A stretch of 36,933 nucleotides of DNA from a virus. The stretch spans positions 1-36,933 of the IMG/VR virus record IMGVR_UViG_3300035138_000142; one strand, 5' to 3'. Shown here piece after piece: positions 33,166-36,933 of this stretch (positions are counted from its first letter, which is position 1; each line of letters opens with the position of its first letter). Under the pieces are notes generated by a model that searched no databases, was not told where the DNA came from, and saw only the letters and a list, made by a program, of their open reading frames with translations. The position numbers and the translations under genes were made by a program.

Positions 33166-33595
33166 TTTTTGCATAATTCTCCTTTCCTGTGCCTCCCGTG
33201 AAGTATTTAAAATTGATAAGGAATTAACTCATCTTGAGGTAGATTTTAATAAATATATACAAAAAAATTTTATTTTTACTCCAAACGAATATAAAGGCAC
33301 TTACACACCGCTGGGAATTGTCCATTATAAATTGCGTGGAGGTGCTGAGTTGATTGAAATAGAAAAAAGACGAAGTACGCCTCTTGTATGGGTAAATGAA
33401 AATATACATCCCAATGATATATTTGTAACTGCCTATCAAAGAGCCTTGGAAATGGGTGCAGATGCTGTTATGCAACTAAAAATTCAATATGATATGGAAA
33501 AATATGCCACTGGGCATGGATTGGAAACAATCTATTTACCGGTAATAGAAATCTCCGGAGTGGCCATCAAACGCCAAAACCTCCTAAAACAATAA
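33134..33595 (+). CDS. Lipoprotein co-transcribed with the repressor (153 aa)
   Basis: Signal plus lipobox: MKRIIKIILISFCIILLSC. Overlaps the repressor gene by 32 nt. Confidence 0.7.
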   Translation: MKRIIKIILISFCIILLSCASREVFKIDKELTHLEVDFNKYIQKNFIFTPNEYKGTYTPLGIVHYKLRGGAELIEIEKRRSTPLVWVNENIHPNDIFVTAYQRALEMGADAVMQLKIQYDMEKYATGHGLETIYLPVIEISGVAIKRQNLLKQ

Positions 33596-33650
33596 ACCTG
33601 CCTAATCGATCATTACTAAATTTCCCACCTTATTTTCTCTCCAGAAAACG

Positions 33651-33671
33651 AATATTTGAATATCAAATATT
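33651..33671. terminator. AT-rich 9-bp inverted repeat between convergent genes, a possible bidirectional terminator
   Basis: AATATTTGA-ATA-TCAAATATT. Confidence 0.35.
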
Positions 33672-33736
33672 AAATCCCAAAATCGTACAAATTTGTTCTT
33701 TTGCTCGTCCATTATTTTCTCCTTTTGTTTTTTTGA

Positions 33737-34126
33737 TTAATTTTTAGCAATTCTTATTAAACGTGGTTGTTTAGGTGAAAAAAATTCAAAATAATTAACA
33801 AAATTAGTTAAGGCCATTTCAGATTTTCCGTTAATATTTACAGCAATTGCTCCTGCTCTAATATAGTTACTATAAAAACTGTAATTTGGCGAAAATAATG
33901 TATCGGTTTGAACATGAATTACGGTATCAATTAGCGTCATGTCAGATTGTATGAAAGTTGTAGTGTCATCATCTTGCCACCAATAAATTTCATAGTGCGT
34001 AACGTATTCTTGCGGCGAATTAGGTAAAAAACATACCTTAACATCTTTTGCTTCATTATCTGCAAACGATGAACATTGAACTAAAATAGCTGAAAGTAAA
34101 ACGAAAATTATCAATATTTTATACAT
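33737..34126 (-). CDS. Secreted or lipoprotein hypothetical protein (129 aa)
   Basis: N-terminus reads MYKILIIFVLLSAILVQCSS. Confidence 0.65.
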   Translation of the reverse strand: MYKILIIFVLLSAILVQCSSFADNEAKDVKVCFLPNSPQEYVTHYEIYWWQDDDTTTFIQSDMTLIDTVIHVQTDTLFSPNYSFYSNYIRAGAIAVNINGKSEMALTNFVNYFEFFSPKQPRLIRIAKN

Positions 34127-34133
34127 ACAAATC

Positions 34134-34535
34134 CTAATTTTTATGATCTAATATTTCATTACGAAATACTCTTATTATCGAAGGTTTCTTTTTTGTAAAG
34201 ATAATAAGAAAAGAATATTCCCCCAATGGTGCTTTCCAGATTTTCAATCTACTTACACAATTAGCTATACTATTTACGAATTTAATATTATCAATAGCAA
34301 TGACAGATTTTTTCAAATTGCTTAATCCAATTCGCCCTCCTGAACCTGTTCTGTATTTTGTTTCTTCATAATTAATTTCTATTGCTGACTTTCCTTCTAC
34401 AGATATTTCCAGCGAATCTTGTTCTATCTTCAAATGAACATAAATTGCATTATTATCGTTCGGTATAAGGTTTAAAGAATCTTGTGCATAGCAATTAAAT
34501 ATTAATGTTATAAAAAATACTATTATAAATTTCAT
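34134..34535 (-). CDS. Secreted hypothetical protein (133 aa); start trimmed
   Basis: ATG 34535 gives MKFIIVFFITLIFNCYAQ. GAGGGG upstream. Confidence 0.65.
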   Translation of the reverse strand: MKFIIVFFITLIFNCYAQDSLNLIPNDNNAIYVHLKIEQDSLEISVEGKSAIEINYEETKYRTGSGGRIGLSNLKKSVIAIDNIKFVNSIANCVSRLKIWKAPLGEYSFLIIFTKKKPSIIRVFRNEILDHKN

Positions 34536-34545
34536 ATTCCCCTCA

Positions 34546-35571
34546 TTAATTTCGTGTGACTGTAACTCCAACAGCAGCTAAACTATCGCATTCTGAAATA
34601 CCTTGTGCTGAAGGTGTGGAATTCGTACCGCCATCCATATATAACTGAGTTAAGCTGAAGCTAGGATCATGACGAATTACATAAAAATTATTAATTAATG
34701 AATCGATATCAGCCTGAGTCGTTATCGCATTATCGTTAATATAATAATGTACAATTGAAACAGATTGATTAACCGGTTCATAGTCAGTTAATGAGTTGTT
34801 ATGTAAATATAATCGAGTCAAATTTGTCAAATTACCTATTTCGCTAGGAATTGAACCGCTTAATGAGTTGTTATGTAAATATAAATATGCGAGACTAGTT
34901 AAATTGCCTAGTTCACTAGGAATTGAACCGCTTAATAAGTTGTCATGTAAATATAATCGAGTCAAATTTGTCAAATTACCTATTTCGCTAAGGATTGAAC
35001 CGCTTAATGAGTTGTCATATAAATATAAGTATGTAAGATTAATTAAATTGCCTATTTCGCTAGGAATTGAACCGCTTAATTGATTATATCTTAAACATAA
35101 GTATGTAAGATTAATTAAATTGCCTATTTCGCTAGGGATTGAACCGCTTAATTGATTGTTAGATAAATATAAGCATGTAAGATTAATTAAATTGCCTATT
35201 TCGCTAGGGATTGAACCAGTTAAATTACAATTAGATATGTTTAAACAACTTAATTTTTTATAATCTTTTGTAAATTTTAATTTATATGTTCCTGAAGTGC
35301 TATAAGTATGAGACAATGTCTGATTAGAACCTATCGTAGTTATAGTTGTATCTGCTCCATCACCCCATTCTAATCTGATAACATTTCCTGCGGCTGCATT
35401 TACTATAATTGATTCTGCCCCAGGAGTCGATTGATCTGTTTCAAATATTAATGTAGTATCGGTTGCGATTTCTTCTTGGACATAATTATTATATTTATTA
35501 AAACCGCTATAACCAGTTTGCCCAAAAAGTAAAATCGGAATAAATAATAAAATTAAAGCAATATATTTCAT
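34546..35571 (-). CDS. Secreted leucine-rich-repeat protein (seven 24-residue LRRs); start trimmed
   Basis: ATG 35571 gives MKYIALILLFIPILLFGQ. Repeats follow L..L..L.L..N.LSGSIPSEIGNL. Confidence 0.8.
   Translation of the reverse strand: MKYIALILLFIPILLFGQTGYSGFNKYNNYVQEEIATDTTLIFETDQSTPGAESIIVNAAAGNVIRLEWGDGADTTITTIGSNQTLSHTYSTSGTYKLKFTKDYKKLSCLNISNCNLTGSIPSEIGNLINLTCLYLSNNQLSGSIPSEIGNLINLTYLCLRYNQLSGSIPSEIGNLINLTYLYLYDNSLSGSILSEIGNLTNLTRLYLHDNLLSGSIPSELGNLTSLAYLYLHNNSLSGSIPSEIGNLTNLTRLYLHNNSLTDYEPVNQSVSIVHYYINDNAITTQADIDSLINNFYVIRHDPSFSLTQLYMDGGTNSTPSAQGISECDSLAAVGVTVTRN
34786..35253 (-). repeat. 72-bp in-frame tandem repeats (LRR units) with long near-identical DNA stretches
   Basis: gtaagattaattaaattgcctatttcgctagg recurs at 35033, 35105 and 35177, exactly 72 bp apart. 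Confidence 0.9.
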
Positions 35572-35720
35572 AGTATTTCCTTTTAATGTAATCCTATCCA
35601 ATCAGAAGTATTTTCAACGGTTGTCTACGGCCGGTTAACAAAATCCGGCCAGACCGGAAAACCTTTCCACCCCTCCTTACCAAAACAAATCGTACAAAAC
35701 AACAGTATAAAAAATATTAA

Positions 35721-35766
35721 TGTAGGGGCGCGACGCTGCCGTGCCCTATGGGGGGGGGTGTTTTTT
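35721..35766 (-). repeat. Composite element: B-type GTAG hairpin, then a G9 run, then TGTT
   Basis: tgtaggggcgcgacgctgccgtgccc tat ggggggggg tgtttttt. Confidence 0.85.
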
Positions 35767-35797
35767 CGTAATTTATAATTCATAATTAATTACTCCC

Positions 35798-36933
35798 CTA
35801 ATCCTCAAACCGGATAGCCTTGATTTCATTTAAAATTCTCACCTTGACAATATAATCAGCCTCAAGTTGATCCGTTCTTTGTAAATAATTATCCCAGCAA
35901 ATGCCTCCAAAATTTGAATCAGGCAGATCTAAACTATCTAAAACGCCTATTGGTACTTCGCCTTCGGATTTATAAATCTTAATCGACTCTGATATCCAAT
36001 CCTTCCATATTACATTATAACCAACAGAAATTATATTTAATCCGGTATATTCTACGTAATACGCTACATTACAAAATCCTTCACTCCAACAATCTCCCCA
36101 TGCACCTCCAGAACGAGCATAATGGCCTATTCCCGAATCAGGAGGATCGGTGTATAATCCTCCTTCTGCCATAATTGGCGATGTAGAATGCGGAGCCGAA
36201 AATAACCAAAACAAACTATCTGGTCTTCCCCCTGCATCATCATCACATGCTATTTTTGTATCTAAACTATCTCCATAATTGCCACCAACATATCCTAAAT
36301 CATAAATACCTATTCTCAAAGAATCGTTATAAACAATATATATTTTATCTTGAACGCATGTTGTTCCCCACGCTGTTCCCCATAACAAATAATCCGTGTC
36401 AAACGAATCCAATACCGTTGAACTAAAACCATCAAATTTATATACATGATGCTCCACATCATCAACAATATGCAAATTGCCCAGCGTATCAACCGTACAT
36501 CCCCTTGGAGATGTATAAGGATAATCAAATGAATCTATTTTTGTAGACGAAAATCCCTGCAATTTATATACCCGGGGTACGGTTCGACCTATATAAATAA
36601 GATTTCCCGTAGTATCCTGCTCCAGCCACATCTCGCCCAGTTCTGTCTCGCCCAGCGTCCGGATATTATTGTAAACTTGAAGTTTCACTGTCTGAACCGA
36701 ATCCTGTACATCATTTGACAGTTTGGACCAAGTCACATCCCCGTCATCAAGGCTACCCACCCGAATCGAATCCTGAACAGCGGACTCAAGTTCACTCCAG
36801 ACGACATTATCTATATCATCCTGCACTGCCGTCGACAACTTTGAAGGTGTAATAGAACTATCCTCTATCTCCGCCGTACTCACGTTATCTATATCATCCT
36901 GCACTGCCGTCGACAACTTTGAAGGTGTAATAG
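35798..36933 (-). CDS. C-terminal part of the junction-spanning secreted tail-fibre-like protein (repeat-rich, possibly beta-propeller)
   Basis: Open to the right window edge, with stop at 35798. Recurring VYKLQGFSSTKIDSF and VYKFDGFSSTVLDSF blocks resemble NHL/propeller blades by eye. Confidence 0.75.
   Translation of the reverse strand, partial: ITPSKLSTAVQDDIDNVSTAEIEDSSITPSKLSTAVQDDIDNVVWSELESAVQDSIRVGSLDDGDVTWSKLSNDVQDSVQTVKLQVYNNIRTLGETELGEMWLEQDTTGNLIYIGRTVPRVYKLQGFSSTKIDSFDYPYTSPRGCTVDTLGNLHIVDDVEHHVYKFDGFSSTVLDSFDTDYLLWGTAWGTTCVQDKIYIVYNDSLRIGIYDLGYVGGNYGDSLDTKIACDDDAGGRPDSLFWLFSAPHSTSPIMAEGGLYTDPPDSGIGHYARSGGAWGDCWSEGFCNVAYYVEYTGLNIISVGYNVIWKDWISESIKIYKSEGEVPIGVLDSLDLPDSNFGGICWDNYLQRTDQLEADYIVKVRILNEIKAIRFED
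36808..36933 (-). repeat. 78-bp tandem repeat, continuation of 1..128 across the junction
   Basis: Same unit as at 1-78. Confidence 0.85.
36862..36933. repeat. Terminal overlap: identical to 1..72
   Basis: Same 72-nt string as the window start. Confidence 0.95.

Noticed and set aside
34786-35253. 72-bp periodic repeats as CRISPR or satellite DNA
   Set aside because: The repeats are contiguous with no unique spacers, and they are in frame, encoding canonical LRR units within a long ORF.
1-36933. Diversity-generating retroelement, retron or known defence system
   Set aside because: No reverse transcriptase, no template/variable repeat pair and no recognisable nuclease/NTPase defence operon. 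The repeats present are explained above.

Overview
The first 72 nt of the window are identical to the last 72 nt, so it is one complete, circularly closed temperate tailed-phage genome of about 36.86 kb once one copy is removed. Almost all genes are on the minus strand, tightly packed, and often joined by ATGA or TAATG start/stop overlaps with clear Shine-Dalgarno sites. Read along the minus strand, the modules are as follows. (1) Lysogeny switch: a divergent cro-like gene (32650) and cI-like gene (32779, plus strand), with a lipoprotein gene in the cI operon. (2) Early genes, many tiny or Cys-rich, including a DUF5131 (Gp37/Gp68-like) gene. (3) Replication: a 999-aa primase-helicase fusion and a duplicated HNH-like protein. 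(4) Integration: a tyrosine integrase and an Xis-like HTH gene, flanked by repeat-rich non-coding DNA. (5) Packaging and head: terS-like gene, TerL, a holin plus NlpC/P60 lysis pair, a Mu-like head module (portal, MuF-like protein, protease/scaffold, decoration protein, major capsid) and connector genes. (6) Tail: tube, chaperones, tape measure and distal tail proteins. (7) Six consecutive signal-peptide proteins running across the circular junction, including a 24-residue-repeat LRR protein. The most unusual signal is non-genic. About 18 copies of two related GC-rich palindromic element families, all in one orientation, fill nearly every intergenic gap of the late region. At least five copies, probably six, are translated in frame inside proteins. 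One family has a C-run, a loop and two G-runs; the other is a GTAG-headed REP-like hairpin. No tRNA, rRNA, CRISPR array, reverse transcriptase or transposase was recognised. Functional calls rest on motifs read by eye and on gene order; no database search was run.
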